The notes under the pieces were generated by a model. The model was given only the letters and a program-made list of their open reading frames with translations. It did not search any database and was not told the origin of the DNA. From Octopus vulgaris (lineage: Eukaryota), in assembly GCA_951406725.2 (NCBI GenBank), contig OX597814.1, positions 153,946,001 through 154,010,000 on the forward strand: a stretch of 64,000 nt of DNA. The letters run 5' to 3'. This document shows, piece after piece, positions 26,853 through 39,880 of this stretch (position 1 is the first letter of the stretch; each line of letters starts with the position of its first letter). The position numbers and the translations under genes are program-made.

Positions 26853-27220
26853 TACTCTTTACTCTTTTACTTTTTTACTTGTTTCAGTCATTTGACTGTG
26901 GCCATGCTGGAGCACCGCCTTTTAGTCGAAGAAATCAACCCCAGGACTTATTCTTTGTAAGCCTAGTACTTATTCTATCGGTCTCTTTTGCCGAACCGCT
27001 AAGTTACAGAGACGTAAACACACCAGCATTGGTTGTCAAGCGATGTTGGGGGACAAACACAGACACACAAACATATACACTCACATACATATATATATAT
27101 ACATATATACGACAGGCTTCTTTCAGTTTCCGTCTACCAAATTCACTCACAAGGCTTTGGTCAACCCGAGGCTATAGTAGAAGACACTTACCCAAGGTGC
27201 CACGCAGTGGGACTGAACCC
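26853..27220 (-). mobile_element. MER6-like SINE, 5'-truncated, CpG-retaining (young)
   Basis: Reverse complement of 11090-11428. Confidence 0.92.
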
Positions 27221-27369
27221 ACCTACTAAACTATAATTTAATGTAAGTTGTATATCTATAAATTTGTAAAGCAAGACTCAATATCTGGAATTCACTCCAG
27301 CAGATTCTTATGCACTTCCGTTTCAGTCCTGGGATCAAAAAGGTACTCCCACCCCTGTCTTATGTAATA

Positions 27370-27545
27370 GCTCAAGCTGTTAGAAATAGCAGCCAAATAA
27401 CTCCCTCCCAGATTATTCCCTACTAAAAAGACACATGAGATAATGTAACTCACTGCTTTAAAAAATAGGTGGAACAGTCATGGCTGGAATGTCTTCAGTC
27501 CATCGAATATCCATCAATCGGGGCTGATCTAGAGCTAAACAACAA
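27370..27545 (-). mobile_element. Old interspersed repeat family (gagatttggctgctatttctagc motif)
   Basis: Degenerate copies also near 8270, 12170, 32960, 38720, 40676, 55480, 56940, 59480, 61853; class not assignable by eye. Confidence 0.6.
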
Positions 27546-27961
27546 GAACTACCTACATTTTGGTCTAATTTGGTCAATATGTTTGTGTCTAGTTTAGTAA
27601 CGTGTAAAACAATGATTGAGTCCAGAGAAAAGAAATTTGCTTTCCTTTGATTGAAATCAACATTGCCTATAACAAACTTTCTTTTGAAGTCAGCCTGATT
27701 GTTTCAGACTTATTCCTCATAAAGACTAGCTGCTGATGTGAAGTCAAGATAATGTCGGTGTTTTCTTCTTTTCTTTAAGCTTCATATCCCAAGTGTCTTT
27801 AATGACATTCACCCTTCCTTCATATAAAGTCTTTTTTTCTTTTCCCATAGATATAATTATGGTATTAATAATATTTCTATATTGCTAAAGCCAAAATGAG
27901 AACAATAACTAATAATGATTGCTGGTTCCTAAAATTTGTCTTTTATCATTGATTTAGAACA

Positions 27962-27975
27962 TAATAATAATAATG

Positions 27976-28031
<56 letters not shown>

Positions 28032-28470
28032 TATTATTATTATTATTTATTTCTTTATTACTCACAAGGGGCTAAACATAGAGGGGACAAACAAGGACAG
28101 ACAAGGGGATTAAGTCGATTACATTGACCCCAGTGATTAACTGGTACTTATTTAATCGACCCCGAAAGGACGAAAGGTAAAGTCAACCTCGGCGGAATTT
28201 GAACTCAGAACGTAACGGCAGACGAAATACTGCTATTTATAATAATCTTTTCTATTATAGGCACAAGGCCTAAAATTTTAGGGAAGGGGTTAAATCGATT
28301 ACATCGACCCCAGTGGTCCACTGGTACTTATTTCATCGACCCTGAAAAGATGAAAGGTAAAGTTGACCTCGGTGGAATTTGAACTCGGGATGTAAAGATG
28401 GACGAAATGCAACTAAGCATTTTGCCTGGTGTGCTAATGATTCTACCAGCTCGCTGCCCTGATGATGATG

Positions 28471-28514
<44 letters not shown>

Positions 28515-28745
28515 GGTGGTGGTGGTGGTGGTGGTTTCTGATTTAAGCACAAGATCAACAATTTTGAGGAGAGGGGATATTTGTCATCACCATTAGTCCT
28601 AGTACCTGACAGGTATCTTATTTTATCGACTACGGAAAGATGAAAGGTAAAGTAGACCTCAGCAGGATTTGAACTGAGAATGTTTATAAAAGAGTCAGAA
28701 GAAATACTGCAAAGCATTTACCTGATGCTCTATGAATACACCTCC
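27962..28745 (-). mobile_element. (AAT)n tract plus three Deu/Nin-domain tRNA-SINE copies
   Basis: ggtacttatttaatcgaccccgaaagga.gaaaggtaaagtcaacctcggcggaatttgaactc repeated three times. Confidence 0.88.
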
Positions 28746-29899
28746 ATCAATAATAAGTAATTGCTAACAATTTACTTCCATTTATGAATCAAAGACACTT
28801 AATAGAGCTTTTTTATTTTTCATCACAAAGATGATGATAATGACAAAAGGAGGCTGCCATGACGAAAACATTTTGTAGCTGCTGCTGTAGTCATCCAATT
28901 TAAGGATGTTATCAAATTACTAGTTATATTAGCAAGCTCAAACATTTTGAACATAATTGTATTGCCAACACATCAACACCTTTATTACTTTCGTAGCCAT
29001 TTCCCATGTGTGCCAACCTTACAAAATCCAACGTTTACAACTTTCAGAATTAATTTCGGCTGCAGTTGAGCTAAAATGACAGGCTGTAATAGAATGATAG
29101 TGATTCCTTGAAATTTATCTGAGGGTGGATTTATCAGCTGCCTCATCATAAACAAGCCCTTTTCTGCTTTTAGCAGAGTCCACTCCATAGCAAAACATGG
29201 CCAAGTCTCCAGTACTAGAAAAGAGGTGGGAGCGGAGAAAGAAAGAGAGAAAGAGAGAGTGAGTGTGTGTGTGTGTGTGTGCATTCATACACATGTGTGT
29301 GTGTATGCATTCATACACATGTATGCATGTGTGTGGTTGGGCACGTGTTTGTGTGCAAAAATCCATCTGTCAGAAAAAAGCAGACACTTATGTATTAGTG
29401 AAAGAATGGGTTTGTTACTATTATTATTTATAAAATATAATATTTTAGCTTCGTAATAGCCAAATCATAATTACACTGTAATATTGTGTAATAATATATA
29501 TATGATAATTATGGTTTCGTTAAATATTTTGTTTTATGTTCTTTTTTCAAAAGACGGAAGCAACAACTAGGGAAAGAACTCATTATGAATTGTGATTAGT
29601 ATATAAGCATACAAGTAATGCAACAAGTATATTTTTTGATATCATCAAGCAATATATTATCAAGTAATGTCATACAACCAATCGATTACCAAAGTTTTAA
29701 GCTAATATTGCCACTAGATAATATTGATGACTCTTCAGATATGTAGGCTTGAAATGCATAACCTCTTTTATATGAGAGATATACAAATTCCAGGTTGGCT
29801 TGCTTATGGCCAAAAAAGAGGAATAAACCCTAGTCAAAAAACTATTTGGTGGGAGAAAAGAAATTATTTCCCATAGTCTGGTATTAGCTATGGTTAAAG

Positions 29900-30340
29900 C
29901 ACGTGCACATGCATGCGTGTGAATGTTTATATCACACTCCAGTTCAAAACAGAGAAGACCAGGAAAAAGCCTAGATCATGTGAACCTTTTGGAATGATTC
30001 TCCTCTCCAATAAGCAGAGCCTGCGCTTTCTACTTCCATTAAGATACAGCCAGAACTATTCAGCAACCTCCAATTGATATGATATGGTATTGCTTCCTCA
30101 TTTAATCATCAGATATAGGTGGCTAAAGTTATAACATTACACCTTTCCTGGATTCTAAAGGAGGATCTGTGATTATTCAGCTTACTCTTAAATGAGCTCT
30201 TCATTGCCCCAACATATTTCTATGTGTGTGCCATACTCCTGGTGTTGGTTGACACTATCTCTGCCTCATAGACCAATGGTTCTGGGTTGATTGATCATTA
30301 ACTCATTGTAAATCCTACATGAGCATCAAGCAACAAACTC
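29900..30340 (-). pseudogene. Penelope-like (Naiad-type) GIY-YIG endonuclease remnant
   Basis: CSCR...LVYEAEI...KYVG...FKSKLNNHRSSFR...TLATYI...LCLLERRII, with stops. Confidence 0.72.
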
Positions 30341-30733
30341 AAACACTTTCTATGAAATCCATGATATACATAGGATGTTATGATGTGAAGTTTCTGGAGT
30401 TGTGTTTTGGGTAAGTTGGCAGGAAAGAGGGTAGAAGGCTGGATTAATGATAGGGATAATTGAGAAAAAGAGAGTAATAGAGTTAAAAGGTGATAGAATG
30501 AGTTGTAAAAAAATAAGAGTCAAGGTCTATCCAATATTATAAAGAAGTATGGGAAGGTTTGAGGGATAGGTGAGGGAAGGAAGCAAGGAACCCTGAGTCA
30601 TTAAAAGAAAGAGAGGTGCTGGGGGTTGCAGGATAGATCACAGGGGGGAAAGACAAGAGAGGTGTGAGGCAGAGAGGTTATGGTGGGAGTGCAGTGTCAA
30701 AAAGAGAAAAGGAGGCAAAGGGTGAAGGATATA

Positions 30734-31544
30734 CAAAGTCTGATCAGTAAGTATCCGGATTGTTGCCATAGTAACAAAGCTAAAGCACACCGCGTGAAGC
30801 TGCTTGGCATGCGCACTAAGTTTTAATGTTCTAGCTCACTCCCACTGTTTACAGCAGTGCTTGGAAGGAATGTGTGTAGAATGTGATTGAGGCCTACGCA
30901 AAGTTACAGAAAGTGTATGGAGAGGAGTGTATGAGCAGCACACAAGTGTAAAAATGGGTCAGATTTTTCCAAGATGGCCGAAAAAATGGTGATATTGACA
31001 AATGTTCTGGGAGACCTGCAACCAGCAGAATCGAGTAAAACATCACAGATGTGCATGCAGCTGTGAGGGGGAAATCATTGAATCACTATCTGTGAGTCAT
31101 CAGAGGATGTGCAGATTAGTTACAGTCCAGTTCAGTCCATTATCACTGAAGATTTCGGTATGAGACACGTGTCTGACAAGTTTATGCCAAAATTGCTTTC
31201 AGCTAATCAAAAAGACACTTGAGTTTCAGTTACACAAAATCTCCTTGATCATGTCGAGAATGATGAAAACTATGTGTAGGCCTCTGAGCAAGTATCACCA
31301 AGCTTTTGTCAAAATTTGATGCAGATTCTCTGCTCAACTTTCTCTGTCATGGTCAATGTAATGATCACACGCTACACACCTTCCTTCCAAGCTCTGCTGT
31401 TTACAGCAGAAGCAAGCTAGAATGTTAAAACTTAGTGCGCATGCACAGCAAAGTTGAAGGTCAGTTTGTGCCAAATGGCTTCACTGTGTGTGCTCTAGCT
31501 TCATTACTATGGCAACTGTCCAGATATGTATTGATCAGACCATG
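30734..31544 (+). mobile_element. Non-autonomous mariner-derived foldback element
   Basis: TA TSD; TIR ...gtctgatca.taa; transposase N-terminal remnant (VYGEECMS, SGRP, KFMPKLLS) plus inverted copy of the 5' end (MTEKVEQRICIKF). Confidence 0.85.
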
Positions 31545-31583
31545 TATATATATATATGTATATATCATCATCATCATCATCAT

Positions 31584-31860
31584 CATATATTTATTATGTA
31601 AGACTGAAGTGAGAAGGTAGGAAGGTCCTGTGGCTTACATGCCTACCTACAAGTAATTTTATTCAATATTTATTTTTGCTTGCAAAAGCTGGTTCTTTTT
31701 GGTCGAACTATCATAACTCCAGCTGCTTCAGATGCTAAGATATCAAAAATTGTCAAATTGTAGTACAACAGTTTTTGTTATAGAATGACGAAGCTATTTT
31801 TTTTCATTTTCTGGATAAGCAATGTTTTTGACTTACGACACTTTTGCATAATTGCTATGA
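31584..31860 (+). repeat. ~277-bp unclassified element; inverted partner at 35611-35880
   Basis: Reverse-complement alignment over full length with identical boundaries. Confidence 0.88.
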
Positions 31861-33873
31861 TATATTTATAATATATAGATAGATAGACAGATACATATGT
31901 ACATAAATACATTTATACATATAGACTTATTTTATAGAACTATGTGTGTGTGTGTGTGCACGTGCGCATATGCAAAAGCATTTGTATATAGGCATATAGA
32001 TGTTTATTATACTAAAAAACAAACATCTGAGAAAACAAAGAGAAAAAAGAGTATTCAATACCTATTGTAGAGTTTATCCTGCTTATTGCAGGCTGAAAGC
32101 TTCAGTATCTTTATTTAGTGATTCATATTTTTAATCAACAGAGTGTAGGAAATTTGAAACTCAGAGTAACTGTTTTCAGCTTACAATTTACATATGGCTT
32201 CAAGGAAGATATGCAATGACCCACAAGCATTCACCTCTGAGTGCACTGTTTCTTATAGCAAAAACAGCTGTAAGCTAATGAAGTTGATTATGTAATTCCT
32301 GCTCCCTTGTCATTTACTAAGTAATATTAGACTCTGTACTCACAGGTTATTGGTACTGCTACGCCTAAGCAAAATGATAAAATGTGTGTGTGTATGTTTG
32401 TATGTGCATGCATGTGTAAACATACATACAAACATGCATGCACTTGCACTCGCACACACACACACACACACACACATACACACACACACTCAAATGCATT
32501 TATACAAACAATGACAGATTGACAGGCAGATATTTAATACACACACACAAGCATGTATATACATAATATAATGTGAAAAGATAAAGTTCCCTAAAGTTTT
32601 AGCCTTAGTTAACTCACTACCACTTTCTTCTATTTATCTGTAAGGACAAACTCAAACAGGTAGAATGAAATATTGATTGCAACAAGCAAACTGACAGGTT
32701 TCAGCAAGAAATACCTGTATCCCTTCATCAGATGAGCATCTTTGAAATTTCCAAAGAATTCCTATGAATCAATATTTTCGCCTGAGGCTTTCATGAGCTG
32801 ACATCGTGTTAATCTTGTACTGTCACAGTTGAAATCTAGTGAAGATATTAATCTCTCAGCATTCACTTTTTACTTTTTTCTTCAGTGATGTGTGAGGATA
32901 TGCCAATAACTTCCTATATCATGAGAAGTTATAACTTCTAACTTGTTATTAATAAACCAGCTAGTGAGCCCCTATGTAATCACCTGACCTACTACAAATA
33001 GCAGCCAAATTTATCCTCAAATTACCATTCTGGAATGGAAGGGAACCACTGGAGAAAGGATACAGATCAAGAACTATATTAGATAATGGAGTCTTAGATA
33101 TGTAATGCTCGAGAGAAGAACAGGATGGTTATGACTAAAATGTTTTATCATAGATCTGCTCAATCAAGGTTGAACTGGAACTAAACAAGTTATTAAAATT
33201 TTGTCTAAGAGGACTGCAAAAGCTCTATACAGAGTCCCTTCCTCCAAACCAAATCAATGAAAATAAGGAAATATGTCAGAGATGTCAGTGTAATAAAAAT
33301 AGAAAAAGAAAAATATTATGAAACTGCTTAATTTCTAAAAGGAAAAAGATGAATTTGCTTAGACTTTTTATTTTTTCTTTAATAGAGCAGAAGAAATAGT
33401 TGAATCAGAAAACAACCATATATGGTACATTACTACCTCACAATTCTGAGATCAAATCCCACCAGATCCAAATTTTTCTTCCTTTCTTAAGTGGATAAAG
33501 TAAGTACTGCTTTTATGTCAAGTCATATTAATCGACTGTAGAGCACAAAATTGATCAGTATTATATCTGATCAAAATAAATCAATCAGTTTACATCCATT
33601 TTCTTTTCTTCAACACTGACTGATTTATATAGTTTTATGAATATATTTGTATGAATTACTGTCTCAAATATTTTCCTCATGTAATACCAATCAGTCATAT
33701 ATGATATATTTTAATGAAATTCATTTATAAACTTGAAAATGACAGTAACAACAGCTCAACAATGAACTACTCCTACCTTTTTTCAAACTGCAAGCAGAGA
33801 GAACCTCACTAAATGAATCAGATAATACTGAGGGATGTTTCCATTAGATTTTATTAATAAAAAGTAAACATTT

Positions 33874-34290
33874 GGCACAGATATAACTGAGTGGTTAAGA
33901 GGCTCATTTTGCAGCCATGTGGTTTTGGGTTCAGTCCCACCACATGGCACTTGTGGTAAATGTGTTCTACTATAGCTTCAGGTCAATCAATACAGTGTGA
34001 GTGAATTTAGTAGATAGAAACTGTATGGAATCCTGTTGTGTATACGTGTTTGTGTAAATACACACACACGCACACACACAACTTTGTGTTGGTGTTTGTC
34101 TCCTCCACTGCTTGACAACTGGTGTTGGTTTGTTTGTTTGTGTCTTTGTAACTTAGTAGTTCAGCAAAGAGACTGACAGAATAAGTACCAGGCTTAAAAA
34201 ATGTCCTGGGGTTGACTCGTTCAACTAAACCCTTCAAGTCAGTGCTCCAGTATAGCCACAATCTGATGACTGAAACAAGTAACATAAAAA
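33874..34290 (+). mobile_element. Diverged MER6-like SINE
   Basis: Colinear with 11034-11428. Confidence 0.82.
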
Positions 34291-34864
34291 ATTTGAGTAA
34301 AGGTTAATCACAGTTGTACTCAGAAACTGACCTCAACATTTTTTTAATTCTGAAATTCAATGCCTTACTTACTCAACCATACTGACATTTTGTTCTTAAA
34401 GACCAGGTTTATTAAATTGGAGTATTGCTTTATAACCAAAAATGTTTTTAATATGAAAGAAAAAAAATGTACAATGGTTTTGTCAAATATCTTTCATTAA
34501 AGATACCTTAAATCCAAGATTTTAAATGACAGCTTCAAGAATTATTGAATGTGTTCAGTGAAAAGTGAAACACAAGTCAATGAAAAAATTTGCTAGGCAT
34601 TGCAGACATCAAGTGACTGTTCCAAGAATTATTTTTAAAAATAATTTGGTGTGGTTTTCACTAGTCATTAGTAACTTTGGAGTTTATACTCATCCCCTAG
34701 ATATTCCTGAAACAGTACAAAATTTCACTTACCACCTCTTAGCTTCATTAGCCTACTCAATGAAATTCAGGTTCTCCAAGGGCATGTCATTTTCTTGAGG
34801 AACTTCCTGTGTTCTACTTGCCTTCAAACTATGCTTTTTTTACTCTTTTCTTTTCTTACTTTCT

Positions 34865-34902
<38 letters not shown>

Positions 34903-35538
34903 TCACACACGTACAGGGGTTCTTCTACTTTCCAGCTACTAATATCCACTCACAAAATACTAGTAAACCCACAGCTGTAGCAGATGACACTAAGACACAA
35001 GGCAAAAGCATCCACATCATGGGAGAGAACACCCAAGCCATGACATTACAAAATGAATGTCTTAACCACATAGCCATGTCGGCACCCTCAACTATGATCA
35101 TCTACTGTTATCCATCACCACCCAATTCTCTATTTCGTACTACCCTATTTAGACAATAGGTTATGATGTCATTCAGCCTCCTCACTCATGAGTAGCAAAT
35201 GGGCTTCCTGTCCTGTACTACCACTGACATCTCTCTCTTCCCACTATGGAATATTCCAGTATAGCCATGTTATCTTCAGGTGGTTGTCAGAACTGGTATG
35301 TCCATGCAAAATCCACCTAACCACAAGTTGATGTGAGTCACACACTTGACTTCTCAGTGATGTTGTGTAAAACTAACTCAAAATCAAAGGTCCTAATCAA
35401 CACCAATGTCTGTGACCATAACTGATGTGTTTCTCTTGCCCATAAATTGCAATATCATCCTGTAGGTAGGCACACTCACACACATAGTCCTATATATATG
35501 TATAAATGTATTTATGTACATATGTATCTGTCTATCTA

Positions 35539-35610
<72 letters not shown>

Positions 35611-35613
<3 letters not shown>

Positions 35614-35880
35614 TAGCAATTATGCAAAAGTGTAAGTCCAAAACATTGCTTATCCAGAAAATGAAAAAATAGCTTTGTCATTCCATAGCAAAATCATTGT
35701 ACTACAATTTGACAATTTTTGATATCTTAGCATTTGAAGCAGCTGGAGTTATAATAGTTTGAGCAAAAGAACCAGCTATTGCAACCAAAAATAAATATTT
35801 AATAAAACTACCTGTAGGTAGGCATGTAAGTCACTAGACCTTCCTACCTTCTCACTTCAGTCTTATATAATAAATATATG
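35611..35880 (-). repeat. Inverted partner of 31584-31860
   Basis: Direct comparison. Confidence 0.88.
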
Positions 35881-36639
35881 CTTCCAAATGCTCTTCCTCT
35901 GCCACAAACCAGCCAAGTCTCCTTCCAAATGTACATAACACCTCTATTTTCTTCTTTTGTCTGTAATTGACCCATATCTATTTCTTTCTAGCTCACAAAA
36001 GAGAAATTGCTACTATTATTGCGTTGTTACTGTCCCAAGTTTGCATTTTCACCACTTTTGTGCTTCTCAAACTGTAACTCCTTTATGCTTATAGTAGGGA
36101 CTATTTTTATGTCATTCTTGCTTTTAAAAAATTTTTTTTTTATTGTCTCTATTTTACAAAAATTTAAGGATGTGCTCACTGCTACCTTCATCAAGTCCAG
36201 TTCCTCTCACTGCTCCTACAGAGATGGATAATTTGAACCACTAACAAACAAAACAAAATGGATGCTTGCCCAAAATATATATATATATATATACAATAAA
36301 ATTACTAAGGATGAATCTTCTTTTCCGCCTAACAGAGTGAACATTTAAATATTCTGAAGTTCTTTGTTGATGAAAGGAATGCTTTTTCCTCAAGAAGTCC
36401 CAGAAGAAATTAACTTCTATATAGAGCTCTGTGAAATGCATGCATTCACAACAAACAACAATAATTATTATAACAGCAATTGTTAACCTTGCACACTTTC
36501 ACACAGGCTTTTCAAGAGGTATCTAATTCTTGTTTTAAGAAAAGAAACTCTTGATGTGTTTTATCAAACTATGAATGATAAAGAAAATGAAAAAAAAAAA
36601 GAAAAAAAAAAACTTGCATGGAACTCTTGAAAAGATAAA

Positions 36640-37440
36640 ATAATAATATTGATTTCTTTCATAGGAACAAGGCCACTAATTGTGGAGGAGGAATATAGTT
36701 GATTGAATTGATTCCAGTATTTGGCTGGTACTTTATTTTATTGATCTTGAAAAGATAAGAAGCAAAGAGAACCTCAATGGGATTCGAAATCAGATTGTAA
36801 ATGGACATAACTGAATATGGTCAGGAATTAAATCAGACTTCTATATTCCTGCCATCTACAATAATTATAATAATGGTTTCAGAATTTAGTACAAGGCCAG
36901 CAATTTTAAGGGTAGAATAGGGTTAGTTGACTGCATCAACTCTAATTTTTGGCTGGTACTTTATTTGATTGATCCACAAATGGGTGGAAAGCAACGTTGA
37001 CCTCAGTGGGACTAGAGCACATAATGTAAAGAGCTGGAAGAATTTCTGCTAAGCATTTTGTCCAACACATTAGTGATTCTACCAGCTAACTGCCTTAAAG
37101 ATAATAATAATAATAGTTCCAAATTTTGGCACAAGGCCAATAATTTTTGAGGGGAAGGGGTTTAGTTGATACCAGTGATCCGAGTACTTGGTTGATACTC
37201 CCTCCCCACAAAATTGCTAGCTTTGTATCTGTTAGAAACAACAACAATAATGTCGGTGGTGGTAACAACAACAACAATAACATCCCTTTCTACTGTAGGC
37301 ACAAGGCCTGAAATTTTAGGGGAGGGGGTTAATCAATTTTATCAGTCCCAGTATTTGATTGGTATTTAATTTATCAATCCCAAAACGATGAATGGCAAAG
37401 TTGACCTTGGTGATATTTGAACTGAGGATGTAATAATAAT
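36640..37440 (-). mobile_element. Head-to-tail cluster of degenerate Deu/Nin SINEs separated by (AAT/AAC)n
   Basis: Repeated ggcacaaggcc...ctggtact...gacctc..ttgaac units. Confidence 0.78.
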
Positions 37441-38393
37441 AAATTTCTTTATTAATAATTTTTTTTGATTATATATAATAATAACTTTAAGATTTTTTTT
37501 ATTAGTTATGAAAAACAAATAGAAGAGCTTCAATTTATATTTCATCTTCAGAATTAATCATATTTCAGAATGAATGTATATTAATGCTAAAAAGAAAATG
37601 CAGAAACTATAAAAACTCATGATTCATTCTATAAAACTGAAATCAAAGAACAGAGTCTCCTGCTTTCTCCATGTTCAATAAACTCTAAAAGTTTTAATGC
37701 AGAAGAAAGAAAAAAAATGCACCTTATTCATGGAATGTATGCAAAAGCTCATTATGCAAGGAATGCATTTCAGAGTTAGTTTACGATTTGGTTCCAGTGT
37801 TTCTCTGACTCACTCCCCCTTGCCTACCTGGAATAAATTGTTCAAACCATTCTAAGTTTGACTCAGATGAGGCTCACCACTCACACACACTATGTTTAAC
37901 TGCCTGGGGGCAGTAGCTAATGCTTGTTTGTTATTCTTTTCCTTTTGTTTGTTTTTATCAACAAAGATGCATATCCCAAGAAACTGCAGCAAACTTCCTT
38001 TATATGGATACCAGGAGACACAGAATTGCTAACATTTTTAAAACAAGAAACAAAAAGCAATTTCAAATCTGATGTAACAAATTACACTTCGACCATTGTC
38101 ATGAATAAATGTATGTGCTAGAATCAAATTAGTTTATTATATGTTGTTTTGTGGGTTTCTTATTGAGCAGAAGAGGTTTTACAGAGATGACATATACCCA
38201 GCAAAGTATGTGTACAGGCAGCTAATGGCTATATAATCACACACACACACCCTCCGTACACTTATTTACATAAATTATTCAACTAAACATGTATATAAAA
38301 AAAAATAAGAATAATTCAATAAGGTCATTCATTCATTCATTCTTTCACACACACAGACACACATCAGCATGCATGCTGCATGCACGCACACAT

Positions 38394-38465
<72 letters not shown>

Positions 38466-39177
38466 ACACACACGCGGTTTTGCTAATTCTTAAAGTAGTT
38501 TTTCATATTCAAGTTCAAAACAAGTTTTGTGGCTATATTTACAGCTCAATGCTTTTCCTTACAAATAATTCTCTTGTTATAGACACCACTGTTTATATCA
38601 AGTATATCTTTATCTTCTCTGAACACTGTCAGATTCCTTTCCTCACTGAATGCTTCACTTTCTATTCTAGTCTTGTTGCCAATTGACTTGATCACAAGCT
38701 CATGAAGAAGCCTTATGTATGAACACACTCAATTGGCTAAAAATAGCAACCAAATGTCGCCCAAATTATACTCTATTATCTTGAGAAAACTTAAAACATT
38801 GAATAATGTAATCCTTGATACACTATTCTTGAAAACATAACAGACTGGTGGGAAGCGGAATGTCTCTGGTCATAGGGTTACTCAATTGAGGCTGATCTGG
38901 AGCAAAACAACAATTTGCCCTGTCTCTCCTACTCCCTCCCAACCAACAGACTTATTGAAACCTTATACATATTGCTTCATACAGTTATAAATATTCATTC
39001 TGAAAGGTGAATCTTAAAATAGATAAAGCTATAAATAATTGTATGTAAATATTGGGTTTAAAATAACTTTGGATTAAAAAAGTCAAAGACTGGTTGTGGA
39101 AAGTGCAAATCACATATTCTTTTTTCCTGATACTATCAGGTCATTCCATAAGTTCTGTCCAATTTTATCTTTTTTAA

Positions 39178-39391
39178 CCCTTTAGTGTTCAGATTATTCT
39201 ATCAAACATAATGCTTATTGATTCACATTGATTTGAATTAATCATGCATTATCTCATATCTTCAAGGTCTTGATGGTGTAATTACTTAATGTAGAATAAC
39301 ATTGTAGGGTAGGTGTGAGGGCTTGGATCAGTTTGAACATAAAACAGATTAAATATTTTGGCCAGATATGGCTGGTTTAAATACTAAAGGG
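39178..39391 (+). mobile_element. piggyBac-type MITE family 2 nested in mariner 5' region
   Basis: TTAA-CCCTTTAG...CTAAAGGG-TTAA; second copy at 40981-41200. Confidence 0.9.
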
Positions 39392-39671
39392 TTAAAATTG
39401 AATGAAATTTAATAGTATTTTAGAATGTCTAATGGAATTAAAAATTATTTTTATAAAATTTGTGTACATTTAAACTAATTAAATATTATTTTACAGAATA
39501 ATAGAATTAAAATTTCTTTGATTAAAACCCTTTCTAACATGGGAGTATCCAAAGAGCATTTGAGGCACACAATGCTTTATGAGTACAAAAAAGGAAACTC
39601 TGCAGCTGAAGCGACTCAAATCATACACTCAGTTTATGGGAAAGAATGCTTGAATGAAAGAACTTGCAGAA

Positions 39672-39672
39672 G

Positions 39673-39705
<33 letters not shown>

Positions 39706-39880
39706 GTTTAACGTCTGCTTTCCATGCTAGCATGGGTTGGACGATTTGACTGAGGACTGGCGAACCAGATGGTTACACCAGATTCCAATCTTGATCTGGC
39801 AGAGTTTCTACAGCTCGATGCCCTTCTTAATGCCAACCACTCCAAGAGTGTAGTGGGTGCTTTTACGTGCCACCAGCATG
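39672..39880 (-). mobile_element. RTE 3' tail insertion interrupting the mariner ORF
   Basis: (atc)n followed by reverse-complement RTE UTR. Confidence 0.9.

Noticed and set aside
30100-30335. In-frame TGA codons in the Naiad-like remnant as selenocysteine
   Set aside because: They do not fall at Cys positions and TAG/TAA stops also occur; ordinary decay
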